From sequence record MW349129.1: a DNA stretch of 64,000 bases, one strand, 5' to 3'. Below are positions 38,101 through 47,568 of the stretch, piece after piece. A model generated the notes under the pieces. It was not told the DNA's origin, ran no database searches, and worked only from the letters and a program-made list of their open reading frames with translations. The number at the start of each line of letters is the position of its first letter. The first letter of the stretch is position 1. The translations under genes and the position numbers were made by a program.

Positions 38101-40247
38101 TGAAACGCATCTGAATTATCGTAATACATTCCAGAGAAGTTTGATTCATCTCCTTGATCTGCATTACCGTTAAAAATTAAATTATCTCCACGAGAATCCA
38201 TATAGTAATTAAATTCTTGTTGAGATACTTCTAATTCTTGACCTAAATCTTCTCTAACGTTATTAGCTTCAGCCATAGCTTTATCTATATCTTTAGATTT
38301 CTGATCTAGCTCTTCTTGTTGTTTTTCTAGTTCTTTTTTAGTTAAAGCTAGATTTTCTTTAGATTTAGAGATTTCTTGTTTTGTATCTTCGATTTGTTTT
38401 TTAATTTGTTCTATTACATCTTCGTTACTTATATTACCATCTATGTAACCGTCAGGGTTAATAGGTAATCCAAGAACATTAGATAAATTTTCTACAAGAT
38501 CATGCAGTTGACCTTTTAGATTCATACTTGATTCTGTATTATTAGATTCAATTCTTTCAACCTTATTTTTCATTAAATCTAATGAAGATTTAAGGTTATT
38601 TATATCTGACATAACATTTATGTCACCTTTTAATATTTGAGAATCGCTATCGTAAGTTAAACCTAATATTCTAGCAATTTCTTTAAATACAGTATCTTTA
38701 ATACCGTGAGAATATTCATTTTGAAGTTTATTCATTTCTAAGTTAATAGCTTCATTAGATAATTCAATAATACTTTTAGTGCTATTAATTACAGAATAGA
38801 AACCTACAAACGATTTATTAATATCTTTCATTAATGATTCATTCTGATCAGCTCTATTAAGCTTATTAACTTCAGATTTTATTTTATCAAAGTCATTATT
38901 AATTTCTTTAATTTTATCTCTAACCTGAATTTTAATTGCATCTTCTTTAAGATAAGCTGAATCAAATATAGATTTTAATTGGTTAACAACTTGATCTTTT
39001 TGAGATTTAATCAAATTAAAATCAGAAATAATGGCATCAAAATTAAGTTCTTTATTTGATTGTAATACACTTGATCCATCTGTACTACTATTGTTACTAT
39101 TACTAATATCATTAATATAATTTTTAAATGATTCTAATTGTTTATTAACTAGAGATTCAACTAATTTAACATCATTACTTTTAGAAGCTGTATTATCTTT
39201 AATAAAGATGTTATCATTAGCATATTTAGTATAATTATCTAACATTTCAGGTTTATAAAGTTCATTAGAATCTTTATGCTTAGCAAAGAAGTTAAATTTC
39301 TCTATATTATAATCGAATAAACTTCTCTCTAATTTATATATTTGAAAACCTGCTGTTAACTCAGGTTTAATATTTTTATAATTGATGAATATTTGACTTG
39401 ATATAAATTTATTATAATGACAGTTAGTCCAATTTCTTAATACTAAACCAGTCATTTTTAAATCTATAGCATTCAAAGAACTGTCATTAAGGTATTTAGA
39501 AGCGATTTCTTCCATTTCATCTCTAGTTTTTCCTTTAACTTCCATAGTGTCAAATATATAATTTTCATCTTTAATAAATCTAGCTTGATTTAATGAATCT
39601 TTAACAGTAATAGATTCATTATTATCATTATACATGATTAAGCCAGTTTTAATATTTGATTTATCTACATTAAATTCAAAACCAGGAATTCTACCAGAAA
39701 CTTCTTTAGGATTAGATTTTCTTAAATCTTTACCTTTATTAATTATTAAAGTTCTTTCATTTGTATTAATATCATACTTATGTCTAATAGATAAATCTTT
39801 TTCAAATAAAATATCCAATAATTTTTCAAATACAGATTTATTATTTTTAGATAAAGTTATTTCTTCATCAACAACTAAATCATTATACTCAATATTATAT
39901 CCTGTATTCAATAATAAAGTACTTAATATTGATTTTAATTGTCCTTTTAATTCTTCATTAGAATTCATAAAAACATTATTTAAATCTTTTACATAAGCAG
40001 GAATCAATGAAGATTTTAAACCATCTTCTTCAATACAAACAAATTCAGAATCATTCTTACTTTCATCTTTAATAATTATATGTGTATTTTCTGAAATGTA
40101 GTTTTTACTTTTGAATTCAATATTAATGATTTCAGTTTTCTTACTAAAATCATATACTAATTTCTCACCAGAGATTACATTTTCAAAAGTTTCTGCAACT
40201 AATTTACCTTCAATTCTTTTACGTTCTTTATCTAGAATACTAATCAA
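32127..40247 (-). CDS. Giant tail protein: N-terminal siphovirus Tal/endopeptidase-tail-like domain, coiled coils, multiple carbohydrate-binding-like modules
   Basis: 2706 aa; repeated IxIGGxNLL...K(I/L)EKGNKxTDWxPAPED modules. Confidence 0.7.
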   Translation of the reverse strand: MISILDKERKRIEGKLVAETFENVISGEKLVYDFSKKTEIINIEFKSKNYISENTHIIIKDESKNDSEFVCIEEDGLKSSLIPAYVKDLNNVFMNSNEELKGQLKSILSTLLLNTGYNIEYNDLVVDEEITLSKNNKSVFEKLLDILFEKDLSIRHKYDINTNERTLIINKGKDLRKSNPKEVSGRIPGFEFNVDKSNIKTGLIMYNDNNESITVKDSLNQARFIKDENYIFDTMEVKGKTRDEMEEIASKYLNDSSLNAIDLKMTGLVLRNWTNCHYNKFISSQIFINYKNIKPELTAGFQIYKLERSLFDYNIEKFNFFAKHKDSNELYKPEMLDNYTKYANDNIFIKDNTASKSNDVKLVESLVNKQLESFKNYINDISNSNNSSTDGSSVLQSNKELNFDAIISDFNLIKSQKDQVVNQLKSIFDSAYLKEDAIKIQVRDKIKEINNDFDKIKSEVNKLNRADQNESLMKDINKSFVGFYSVINSTKSIIELSNEAINLEMNKLQNEYSHGIKDTVFKEIARILGLTYDSDSQILKGDINVMSDINNLKSSLDLMKNKVERIESNNTESSMNLKGQLHDLVENLSNVLGLPINPDGYIDGNISNEDVIEQIKKQIEDTKQEISKSKENLALTKKELEKQQEELDQKSKDIDKAMAEANNVREDLGQELEVSQQEFNYYMDSRGDNLIFNGNADQGDESNFSGMYYDNSDAFQSAASFRMDGFNSTVSSERLIPINPEKTYKLSMFMKNNNSLPSSIGHLSYDKDGQLIESQHVMGSEKPVIELAQELRQGDKVIYFNSLDGLDDTYRFQSAPLDEGDDTPVYDYDRDGSIILPNDADDILSIDDPNALPDEEEDTVIYADDTPEEDATTSDEIDVPMPDSDVAVDTNSTPVDEEEAIKTMTNNYNVSNAGIVNRNINPNLTDYNDNHSLVIWNFKSNDGYNYGESAYSRNVFMNGWDFGAIDRENNCIYLNRPFDLINYDSEDGGFPAGTKVSGTFTDSNVEWSLIKDEDIPNTEEDDDPEEFNGWYHRQCLITKENVRGTNGFLYGAFYMTLYFKVNQSEDSDVIEFEDGSDEPKFWVTNLEMYDVTGLESVKKTVIDTNELVATMMTKKEMDDYRKQVTEGFSEVSQTVDMIRQEVSKKITDLDDKVMTDITSRIETIAGQIDLVSQSQKTDREELESQIGQIKIETDKITSLVQRITATEDNYSDLSTKVEQLDSSYTITAEKVEKQGTDITDLSGKLTVANDAITQEVTDRQSAVNDVMESSKALVKVEADRITNLVSKQEATDDTVSNLETSITAEIGRIDQRVTSETSVEALSDKIKIGGNNLLVGTEKFDLPFNKTNFSKYGGIIKDGIGYSLDYISESNRLAWSIFQEVDVIPNTDYVLSYNAHNKEGITQGIAYTPIMRLTDDGKIFDPLDYIITSGTYRETTEEDKRYNVRFNTGKSKKIRIYFTAKDVNSLAYISKPQLELGNIDTDWGLSKGDLEDRFSKAETRITQTEKDITLNATKLTETGKLIENNYSELKVETDKISGIVSEQKILDGKISANTSSIEQLPNQITSQVSAVENRVNENINNIQIGARNLLENSLSWNKGFEDNSNGSYQYLWRIYIDELLNKVEVGDEISISFDLQMERGDVFRIYDSVVDPGMSIGSDTITNIGNKEFRYKYTSKITKTSGTNSRWAIYAYNNNNGDKFSIKNIKIEKGNKSTDWTPAPEDVNSQINNIQVGGKNILRGTKDFDKSFWIGNFTDKFNKDGRTFAPLQNSGNQNWLTQTFKTDPYTDYIISFDAYKDGSEKGDIYPQIRKLKDDATDFDPFVSIFGYNEFNKSLTNNIVRYSVPFKSQESNYMRFYITRESTSKANIYISNIKIEKGNKATDWSPAPEDIETSISTVSSKIDQKADSIELSVNKISTYLNADNSLINTDLRNGWEGWVNADDNESLKINYAEKIDSPYWIYTFSGSSEEYPTDTTTANKDYLTIRSNANEGWKQWQTSSKDYSDGAGSPKLSKINPGTYTFSFQARKSRTTPTGSITVSLRVNKPGETLNPLSYNLSADSDLTEEWNFFKTTFTVTSADLSKMDRLRLIIASVSPYSNGEFSFKNIRLDKSDRPLYPRFSIADESDMTISTDDNIALAPRYRKNNISTSGNYRRMTISLSSPLKKNTKYKLAFDYNILSGQNTLKVVTLFPYRYPYTGSSFDDGSFLPVMPSTHTQEFPVTDGERNYIEFTSPNEEGVNQLLLYATRSGTDENSSIDASFENIKLVEYVDGNEDMEFDDSSVKSVFKYTQNDFGSTWPSILSGYLPVGREGNFEIGDYITGSVYIYIPSSAKKYLSYKIYFEMAGYENTSQSTNASISRVEIPASEFVFDTWKRYSFTTKIPRTTDNGETNYVRFLLRYNNYDHNKTFFDETRFYYGLPKLEKGNTLKTWTPSSLDKYSTGAMSSKISMNPESIKMISNNIDFNTDRMTIYNSKGNVVFSGDKLKISKTAMDTDNYVEINSSGLTIRKDGVDQMVDGLFLSETNFVATMPGVKTWNWVSGSAHANDERNFRPIILEDTRAGTYNIFRDVYKYGYDNAQLDEASGKDKATLNVFSYHHNRRYLKFVYKAVSKEGNNLYVTFSDGLGWKTNSNIKMHREIGISGSSKPDTSIKVATIDLGPPDNYNKTLLIQLSITGSTGASQMAQISIVRMSLSDFADEGRAIKMIT

Positions 40248-40277
40248 ATTTAATTCACCATCCTTTCATTTAATTGA

Positions 40278-40289
40278 TATTAATGTGTT
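40278..40289 (-). promoter_or_regulatory. Late-type promoter AACA-N6-TA
   Basis: Minus strand AACACATTAATA upstream of 40247. Confidence 0.5.
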
Positions 40290-40301
40290 CCATGTCAATA
40301 A

Positions 40302-40724
40302 TTAATAGTCTTCCAATTGTTCAGCTAGCGTATCGATAATAGTAGCTTTTTTTCCTGATAGTTGAGTTTCCATATTATCAATAATGTTTAATAAAATAGA
40401 TTTATCTCTAACAGTAATAACCGCTTTTTCTTCATCAATAGCTAATATATCTTCTTTAGCATTTGGAAATTCACTTACATTAAGAACAATACTTTCTGGA
40501 TCTTTAGGATCTTTAACAATATTGCCATTTTCATCTTTTTTAGAAAATTCGTTAATCATATCTTGTCTATCTTTAGCATATTCTTCATAAAATTCTTTAA
40601 GTTGATTAATGAATTTAGTTCTATGTCTGGATTTATTACCATTTAAAGGAATGTTATATAATACATCATATACAGTTTGTAAATCCTCATTTTTAATTGT
40701 AACTTGTTCAATTGTTTCTACCAT
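40302..40724 (-). CDS. DUF1617-like tail-region protein
   Basis: L.NIPL.G.KSRHRTKFI.....E..K...KDENG pattern, recalled from Firmicutes siphovirus proteins. Confidence 0.5.
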   Translation of the reverse strand: MVETIEQVTIKNEDLQTVYDVLYNIPLNGNKSRHRTKFINQLKEFYEEYAKDRQDMINEFSKKDENGNIVKDPKDPESIVLNVSEFPNAKEDILAIDEEKAVITVRDKSILLNIIDNMETQLSGKKATIIDTLAEQLEDY

Positions 40725-40841
40725 TTTAGAAAAACTCCTTTTAAATTAATATTTATAATATAAATTAAGTTATTATGGCATTTTAAAAAATTACTCAACA
40801 TTTTATTTATTATGAAACTAATAGAAAGTGGGTAGAAATAT

Positions 40842-42104
40842 ATGCCTCATTTAGGAAAAGAAAATGGTTATTCCATGTGTACTGCATCGCCTTCATTATC
40901 CAGTGTTATATCAGGAGTACAATCATTCATGTGGAACTATTTTAAATCAATGTTCCCTAGTAATTTTTTTGCTTCAACTTATGTAAATACTTCTCTTAAT
41001 TCAAATTCATTAAAAGATATGAAGGAACGTAAAAAAGGATTTCCTCATTTATCAATGAATACGCAATTTGAATTGGGTGATGGTTTTATGTCAGGTTTAC
41101 CTATGTGGCATAAGACTGATAGATTTGTAATGAAAAATCTTAAAAGGAATTATAGATTAATATTTGAAGATGATACAAGAGGAATTAGAATATATACAGT
41201 TCCTCAACGATATAAGGTAGTATTTAATTACGGTATATTATTGCAAACAGAAATGAGTGCTTGGAACGTTCTTAATCACATTAATCAAACATTTGAAAAT
41301 GGTGGTTATAATTATGCTAATGAAATAAGAATACCAACAAAATTACCAGAAATATTTATTGTTAATATATGTAGAAAACTAGGTTTAGATATTAATAACA
41401 ATAAAGATAGAATGCAATTAAATGATTATATGATGACAAATGGTTTAGGTCCAATTACTAATAAAAAAGATTTGTCTACTGGTAAAGAAAAGTATACTTA
41501 TGATTATACTACTAATATATTATTAAATTATCCTGATTTAACTAATTACGAAAAAGAAGTAACTAATTTAATAAATAAATCAGCTTCAGTTAGATATGCA
41601 ATATCTGCCGAATTATGGGTACCTGGTAGTTATATATTAGAAATCGAAGACGACTTTAATATTCAAAGAGAAATTGATTCACTTTCAGATGATGTTTTAC
41701 AATTCGATATTGCTATTTTACAAGATATGATTCCTAAAGAAAATGATAGAGGAATGAAATTATTATTAGAAAGAAACTTTAATACTGAAATGAATGTTAA
41801 ATTTGATTCAACTCAGATTGAAGACATATTAGATAAAGATGTTATAAACTCAATCAAAGAACTTAATAAGATTAATGGAGATATTCAAAAAATCGTAGAA
41901 TTCAAATTATTTAAAAATAATAGACCTATGAGTAAAGATGAATATTTCATTGATTATGATAATTTTGAATTAATTGTAAAAGAACCTGAAGATAATAAAG
42001 TTCACACACTTGTAATGTATGCCGATACACGTAAAATTAATATGATAAATGAATTAATAAATCAAGGAAGAAAAAAAGATTTATACAAAATGGACATATT
42101 TTAG
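40842..42104 (+). CDS. Virion structural protein, possibly tail terminator / sheath stabiliser-like
   Basis: 420 aa; VPQRYKVVFNYGILL...NVLNHI weakly resembles the T4 gp15 pattern. Confidence 0.35.
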   Translation: MPHLGKENGYSMCTASPSLSSVISGVQSFMWNYFKSMFPSNFFASTYVNTSLNSNSLKDMKERKKGFPHLSMNTQFELGDGFMSGLPMWHKTDRFVMKNLKRNYRLIFEDDTRGIRIYTVPQRYKVVFNYGILLQTEMSAWNVLNHINQTFENGGYNYANEIRIPTKLPEIFIVNICRKLGLDINNNKDRMQLNDYMMTNGLGPITNKKDLSTGKEKYTYDYTTNILLNYPDLTNYEKEVTNLINKSASVRYAISAELWVPGSYILEIEDDFNIQREIDSLSDDVLQFDIAILQDMIPKENDRGMKLLLERNFNTEMNVKFDSTQIEDILDKDVINSIKELNKINGDIQKIVEFKLFKNNRPMSKDEYFIDYDNFELIVKEPEDNKVHTLVMYADTRKINMINELINQGRKKDLYKMDIF

Positions 42105-42123
42105 AAAAAAAATCAAAATATTA

Positions 42124-42155
42124 GAGGTAACTATCAAATTAATGATAGTTACCTC
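42124..42155. terminator. Bidirectional terminator
   Basis: GAGGTAACTATCA / TGATAGTTACCTC. Confidence 0.75.
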
Positions 42156-42162
42156 AATTTTA

Positions 42163-42969
42163 TTATTTTACATTAGTTCTGTATTCAAGAATAGTTTTTA
42201 CTAAAAGCATATTAGCATTTAATTCTTTAGAAGTTCCTTCAGCTTCTTCAGCTTTAAGTTTACCCACTTGTTCTAAAGACATCATTTCCATTGGATTAAT
42301 ATTCTTAGGAATTTTACCTGAATTAAGTTTAATAGCTTCACTAGCTTGCATAGCTTTAATAGATTCATTTAAAAATTCATTAATGATTGAATCTGAAAAA
42401 CTTTTAATAATTTTATTATCTTCTTTTTTAGTGATATCATTACCTTTAATTAAATCTGCTCTATTATAATATACGAATAAATCAATATAAGTTACTAAGA
42501 TTATATTATATATTTCTTGGAAGTTTAAATTAGTACCCATATTTTCATCAGTGTAATTTAACATTAATGCAAATACTCTCTCACTAATATTACTTTGTCC
42601 TTCGGGAAGAAATTCATCAAAGCCTACACTTCTAGACATTGATAAGAAGTCCATAATATTTCTTGCAAAGTTTTCTTCACTGTTTAATTCATTTTCATCA
42701 GTAAAGAATTTAACAAAATCAGAATATGATAAACCAGTAATATCATCTGATTTTCTTCTAATCATTTTCATACTATAAAAATCTCTAAATGTTTTACTAT
42801 CTCCAGTTGAACCTAATTTATCTTCTAAGATTTCTAATTCTTTTCTGTTGGATTCTTCTTTCATTTCTTTCATTAATACATTTGAAACATCCTCGTTAAT
42901 TCTTTCTAAATCATTGTTAAATAATTCAATTGCTTGGTTTAATTCTTCCATTATCCATTTCATCTCCAT
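42163..42969 (-). CDS. Hypothetical protein
   Basis: 268 aa; preceded by a minus-strand early-type motif. Confidence 0.6.
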   Translation of the reverse strand: MEMKWIMEELNQAIELFNNDLERINEDVSNVLMKEMKEESNRKELEILEDKLGSTGDSKTFRDFYSMKMIRRKSDDITGLSYSDFVKFFTDENELNSEENFARNIMDFLSMSRSVGFDEFLPEGQSNISERVFALMLNYTDENMGTNLNFQEIYNIILVTYIDLFVYYNRADLIKGNDITKKEDNKIIKSFSDSIINEFLNESIKAMQASEAIKLNSGKIPKNINPMEMMSLEQVGKLKAEEAEGTSKELNANMLLVKTILEYRTNVK

Positions 42970-43015
42970 TTATAAAAATTATTTAAGATTATTTAATTAT
43001 AACTAATCTCACTTA

Positions 43016-43026
43016 TATAATATATA
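43016..43026 (-). promoter_or_regulatory. Early-type promoter core TATATATTATA (minus strand)
   Basis: Reverse complement of the motif, upstream of 42969. Confidence 0.5.
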
Positions 43027-43050
43027 TTTAAATAATGTTTATAATTTTAT

Positions 43051-43695
43051 TTATATATCTGAAGCTTCTAATAATTCATTATACTGTTCTATTTGATGGT
43101 CTAACATATAATCTTTATAATACGAAACAAATTCATTTACTTTACCAAATATTGAAGATAGTGGAATGATAATTTTACCTGCATGAGCTAATTGATGATT
43201 TGTTTTGGATAGTAATACTAAACCTACTTTATTATCAAAATGTAATTTCATAACTCTTTCTGCTATATCTATTGATGTAAATTGTTCATCTTCCATTATA
43301 GCTCTATTAACTACTATTTCTACAATTTCATATAATGTAAAAGGAAAGTGATGATATTCCATTGTAACCATATCTTCTGTTAAATTTGACATTGTTATAT
43401 CATTTTTTAAATTGTATTCTTCTTTTAATATTGATAAATATTTTTTATATTCATTTGATCTTCTTACTAATCCTTCTACATTCTTAATAAATTTCTTTAA
43501 ACTATTTTCTGATTCTATTTCAAAATATAAACTTGATATTTGAAATTTACTACTTTTATTTACTAATGTTGTATTATTATTTGAATCTTTCTTGATTAGT
43601 ATATTATTAATCTTATTATTTTTATTTAATTTAACTTTATTACTTGAAAATTTCTTATTATTAAATTTTATATCTACATTTTTATTACTACTCAT
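43051..43695 (-). CDS. HNH-like protein
   Basis: MEYHH...VGLVLLSKTNHQLAH resembles an HNH motif. Confidence 0.45.
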   Translation of the reverse strand: MSSNKNVDIKFNNKKFSSNKVKLNKNNKINNILIKKDSNNNTTLVNKSSKFQISSLYFEIESENSLKKFIKNVEGLVRRSNEYKKYLSILKEEYNLKNDITMSNLTEDMVTMEYHHFPFTLYEIVEIVVNRAIMEDEQFTSIDIAERVMKLHFDNKVGLVLLSKTNHQLAHAGKIIIPLSSIFGKVNEFVSYYKDYMLDHQIEQYNELLEASDI

Positions 43696-44175
43696 TTTTA
43701 TTCAATTCCTTTTTATTAATTAAAAATTAATTAATTTATTATATTTATATTCTTTATTTATTAAAAATTCTTTAATTAAAAATATATTTATTAAAAATTT
43801 ATTAATAATATTTATATTAATTAAAATTTAATAATTAAAAATAAATAAACTACCCCCTAATCCCCCTTCTTGTAAAACAAATTCCAAAATATATATTAAA
43901 TTATTAACTCAGAAAATTAAAAAATTTTACTAAATAATATATCTGTTACAAAATGTATTAATCTAATATAGATATATTAATTCAAATTTTTAGTTTTTTA
44001 ATATTAATATATTTATATAATTATTTCAATCATTGGTATACTTATTTTTAATTAAATAAAAATCTATATTGAGTTGATACAAATTATTAAATTAAAAATA
44101 TTATAGAAAATATATAGAGTTATATAACAACCTTTTATTAAATATACAAAGAGAGCGAGGATTAAATGAGATATA
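43696..44175. other. 480-bp extremely AT-rich non-coding region, candidate replication origin
   Basis: No ORF; repeated ATTAAAAAT; isolated C-rich CCCCCTAATCCCCC; sits at a divergent strand switch. Confidence 0.35.
44126..44137 (+). promoter_or_regulatory. Late-type promoter AACA-N6-TA
   Basis: AACAACCTTTTA upstream of the baseplate gene. Confidence 0.5.
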
Positions 44176-46719
44176 ATGGCTATAGAATTTAATGATTTTA
44201 ATAGATTCAGTAAAGATGATTTAAGAAAATACAATCCTCTCTATTTTTATAAAGCATTTACTGAAGAAGATATAGAAAATTTAGATGATGTTATTAAATA
44301 TTGTCAGGGTCTAATTATTAAAGATCAATCAATGGCAGATAAATTAGAATCAAATGATTCAATGATGGAGTCTGATTTATATATAAGAGCTAAGGATGAT
44401 ACGCTTGATGATTACTATTCAGTTTTCGATAGAGATAGTATATTAAGAACTTATAAAGAAAAAAATCCTTATTATGGTAAATTAAGAAATTTATATGATA
44501 TTGATCCATACGATTCAAGAACAACTAGTGATTTTCAAATAATAAAGGCACTTAATAAAACTCTAGATAGTAAAGAAGAATCTTTATTATTGGAAAGTTA
44601 TACAGAATCAGTTGAATATTTTAAAAAAGTAACTCATACTAGAGCGTTTAATAATCAAATATATTACAGAGAAATGTTTTATATGTATCTAATTAATGCT
44701 ACTCTACATAGATATATTAATAAAACTATGTATAGAATATTTGATGTTGATAGATATACAAGGAGAGATCTTAAAAATGCATTTATATCTAATGGTTTGG
44801 ATTACTTTGATGAGTTTCCACTTGAGTACCAAAGAAGAACTTACAAAAGATTAAATGATTTAATTAGAAATAAAGGTACTAATGAAATATTTCCTATAAT
44901 TGAAGAAATATTTTCTATTAATTCTATTGATATTAATAAATATTATCTAGCTAAGCATCCGAATGATTTGAAATTTTATAAAACTAATGTAAATGATAAT
45001 TTCAATCCTTATAAAGATAATCAATATAGTTACAATGAGATTGTTGATCTTGATCCATACTGGAGAAATACTAAAGAAGAAGTTATGGATAAAGCATTTA
45101 ATGTGATACAAACTAAATATTTGTCTACAGATGCTGTTATAGATATAATTAATAATAGTAAATCTTTATCATTCTTATACAGTTTAATCAACTTAATGAA
45201 AGAAGATAAAAATATTATTGAAGATGATAGCTTTAATATGACTAATACGAGAATTAGTTCTAGAAAGTTTAATGTTTTTGATGGAATTGTTACACTTAAT
45301 ACACTTGTTATAAATTATATTAAATGGAATGATAGAATTAAAAATGATAAAAATATGAATATATATGCGTATAATTTTAATTCAGATATAAAAGATACTG
45401 TAGATGATATTCGTAGCTATATCTATTCCAGACAATTTGATAAATCAGATTATACTGATTTTGCTAAGGAACTAAATTTCCTTAATATTAAGAAATTTAA
45501 AAATAGAAATACATTAAGCTATGAAGACATTATAGATGAATATGAATCATCTGATTTAGCACAACGACAATTTAAATTCATTTCTGAAATGTTAACTGGT
45601 GAGAATGGATCAACACAATTAGAATATTATATTGAAAATGATTTAATTATTGATGGTATGCGTTATTTATGGACTCAAATATCAAACCCAGAAAGAAACT
45701 TCTTATTCAAAAATATTTCTTATTATGAAAACTTTATGAAGATATATAAGAAATTCTTAAATATAATGGTAAGAGATGGAAGAATTGATAGAGAAGATGT
45801 ATATAAAATAATGATTGAAGATGATTCAATTGATAAAGAATTAAAAGATTTTGTTAAAGTTATGAATGTTAGATTCTTAAATGAATCATATGATAGATAT
45901 AAAAATAATAAGAATGCTGAAAATATTGAAAATATAGTTACTGCAGTAAGAAAATCTATAGACTATTCAATTAAGAATAATCAATATACTTCTAAAAAAC
46001 AAATATCTAGATATCCTGCATTAAAATCATATATTTCAGATATATTAGTTTATGATGATTCTGATAAAGATTTAATAAATATTTATGACATTATTAATAT
46101 GTATAGACATAATGAGAAATTCCGTAAAGAACTAGAAGAATTAATATATAATGCGAATGATCCTCATTTAAGAGAAAAATTTATTACATTGCATAAACAA
46201 CTATTTATCAATAATTCTAGTAATGATGTATTTGATGGGTTTAAGACTTATTCAGATTATCTTAAATTTAAAGAACCTGATTTGTATTATTATACTATTG
46301 TGGAATCAGAAATATATGATGAAGATACATTTGATAGAGAAACTATCTTTAGAGAACGAATTTTTGAATTAGTTAGTAGTATTGATAATCATTTAAATTT
46401 AAAAGAACAGTATTTTACTAATAGTAATTTTGTAGGTATAGTTAATTTTATCAGAGATTATATTACCATTTTAATTACATTATTTAAATCTTATTCAACT
46501 GATTTAATTTATACTAGTCTATTATTTAAATTAGATGATAAATTTGAAAATAGTATACATTTAATAGATGAAGCTAATATTAAGTATAGTGGAACTTCTA
46601 AAAAAGTAGATAAAATCAATACGCTTGATAATAAAAATATCATTGATAAAATTAATAGAAAAGAAAATATTGAGACTAAAGACGATTTAAAAATCTCAAT
46701 AATTAAGAAGGGAGATTAA
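44176..46719 (+). CDS. Baseplate wedge-like protein
   Basis: 847 aa; LIRNKGTNEIF...IEEIF matches the KGT motif of T4 gp7 / P2 gpI-like wedge proteins. Confidence 0.55.
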   Translation: MAIEFNDFNRFSKDDLRKYNPLYFYKAFTEEDIENLDDVIKYCQGLIIKDQSMADKLESNDSMMESDLYIRAKDDTLDDYYSVFDRDSILRTYKEKNPYYGKLRNLYDIDPYDSRTTSDFQIIKALNKTLDSKEESLLLESYTESVEYFKKVTHTRAFNNQIYYREMFYMYLINATLHRYINKTMYRIFDVDRYTRRDLKNAFISNGLDYFDEFPLEYQRRTYKRLNDLIRNKGTNEIFPIIEEIFSINSIDINKYYLAKHPNDLKFYKTNVNDNFNPYKDNQYSYNEIVDLDPYWRNTKEEVMDKAFNVIQTKYLSTDAVIDIINNSKSLSFLYSLINLMKEDKNIIEDDSFNMTNTRISSRKFNVFDGIVTLNTLVINYIKWNDRIKNDKNMNIYAYNFNSDIKDTVDDIRSYIYSRQFDKSDYTDFAKELNFLNIKKFKNRNTLSYEDIIDEYESSDLAQRQFKFISEMLTGENGSTQLEYYIENDLIIDGMRYLWTQISNPERNFLFKNISYYENFMKIYKKFLNIMVRDGRIDREDVYKIMIEDDSIDKELKDFVKVMNVRFLNESYDRYKNNKNAENIENIVTAVRKSIDYSIKNNQYTSKKQISRYPALKSYISDILVYDDSDKDLINIYDIINMYRHNEKFRKELEELIYNANDPHLREKFITLHKQLFINNSSNDVFDGFKTYSDYLKFKEPDLYYYTIVESEIYDEDTFDRETIFRERIFELVSSIDNHLNLKEQYFTNSNFVGIVNFIRDYITILITLFKSYSTDLIYTSLLFKLDDKFENSIHLIDEANIKYSGTSKKVDKINTLDNKNIIDKINRKENIETKDDLKISIIKKGD

Positions 46720-46724
46720 AAAGC

Positions 46725-47561
46725 TTGTTTAATTTTGATAGATTTTCAAGAAGACTCGTTGAGAGTGAAGCTATGGAACAAGAAAAAATAGATGAGATAA
46801 GCTCAAGAGTGGAAACAAGAGACTCTAATGCTATTAACATCCAATCAGACTTTAAAGAAGATATAGGAAATTACATTAAAGGTATTGTTAAATTTTCTAA
46901 TCCTAGAACAGGTGAATTAATACATCAAGAAGAAAATTTAGTTTTAATGAGAACTCGTGTTTGGTTATTAGAAAAATTATTTGGTAAAGGTATACCTTCA
47001 AACTATAATGCAGATAGTACCCCTGATCGTACAATTTGTTTATTCTCAATTGGATCGGGTGGAGCAGATGTTAACAATGCAGCTTTTTCTCCTTATACAG
47101 TTAAGTATTCGGATCAAAAATTAAATAGACCAATTCCGTTTGTAGTAGAAAATCCAGATAAAGAAAATTCTGATTTAACTGCAAATAATCCTAGTATGAT
47201 TGAAGAATTATCTGATGAACAGAGAAGAAAATATTATCTTCCTGAAGATAAACAAGATGGAACTACTAGTTTCTATGGTAAACGTTTTACTAATGCAACT
47301 AAAGAAAATCCTCTTGGAGATTCAAAAGGATGGATTATTGATAATGAAGATGGATCAGTAGCGTTTTCATTAAAAATGTCAGTAGAACCAGATGAAGCTA
47401 GAGGTTCTATTGTTAATGAATTAGGTTTATGGTTAGCCAAATATAATGAAACTGAAAATAAATTTGATGGTACTGAATTAGCTACAAGACTTACATTTGA
47501 TAGTCGTTCTTTAAAGAACTTATCAGATGGATTAGATATAGAATATATCATTTATATTTAA
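46725..47561 (+). CDS. Baseplate / tail-associated structural protein
   Basis: 278 aa; ICLFSIGSGG and VNELGLW pattern; adjacent to the wedge gene. Confidence 0.45.
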   Translation: MFNFDRFSRRLVESEAMEQEKIDEISSRVETRDSNAINIQSDFKEDIGNYIKGIVKFSNPRTGELIHQEENLVLMRTRVWLLEKLFGKGIPSNYNADSTPDRTICLFSIGSGGADVNNAAFSPYTVKYSDQKLNRPIPFVVENPDKENSDLTANNPSMIEELSDEQRRKYYLPEDKQDGTTSFYGKRFTNATKENPLGDSKGWIIDNEDGSVAFSLKMSVEPDEARGSIVNELGLWLAKYNETENKFDGTELATRLTFDSRSLKNLSDGLDIEYIIYI

Positions 47562-47568
47562 TAAAATA

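Noticed and set aside
25152-40247. Diversity-generating retroelement acting on the fibre genes
   Set aside because: No reverse transcriptase and no template/variable repeat pair differing at adenines was seen in this window.
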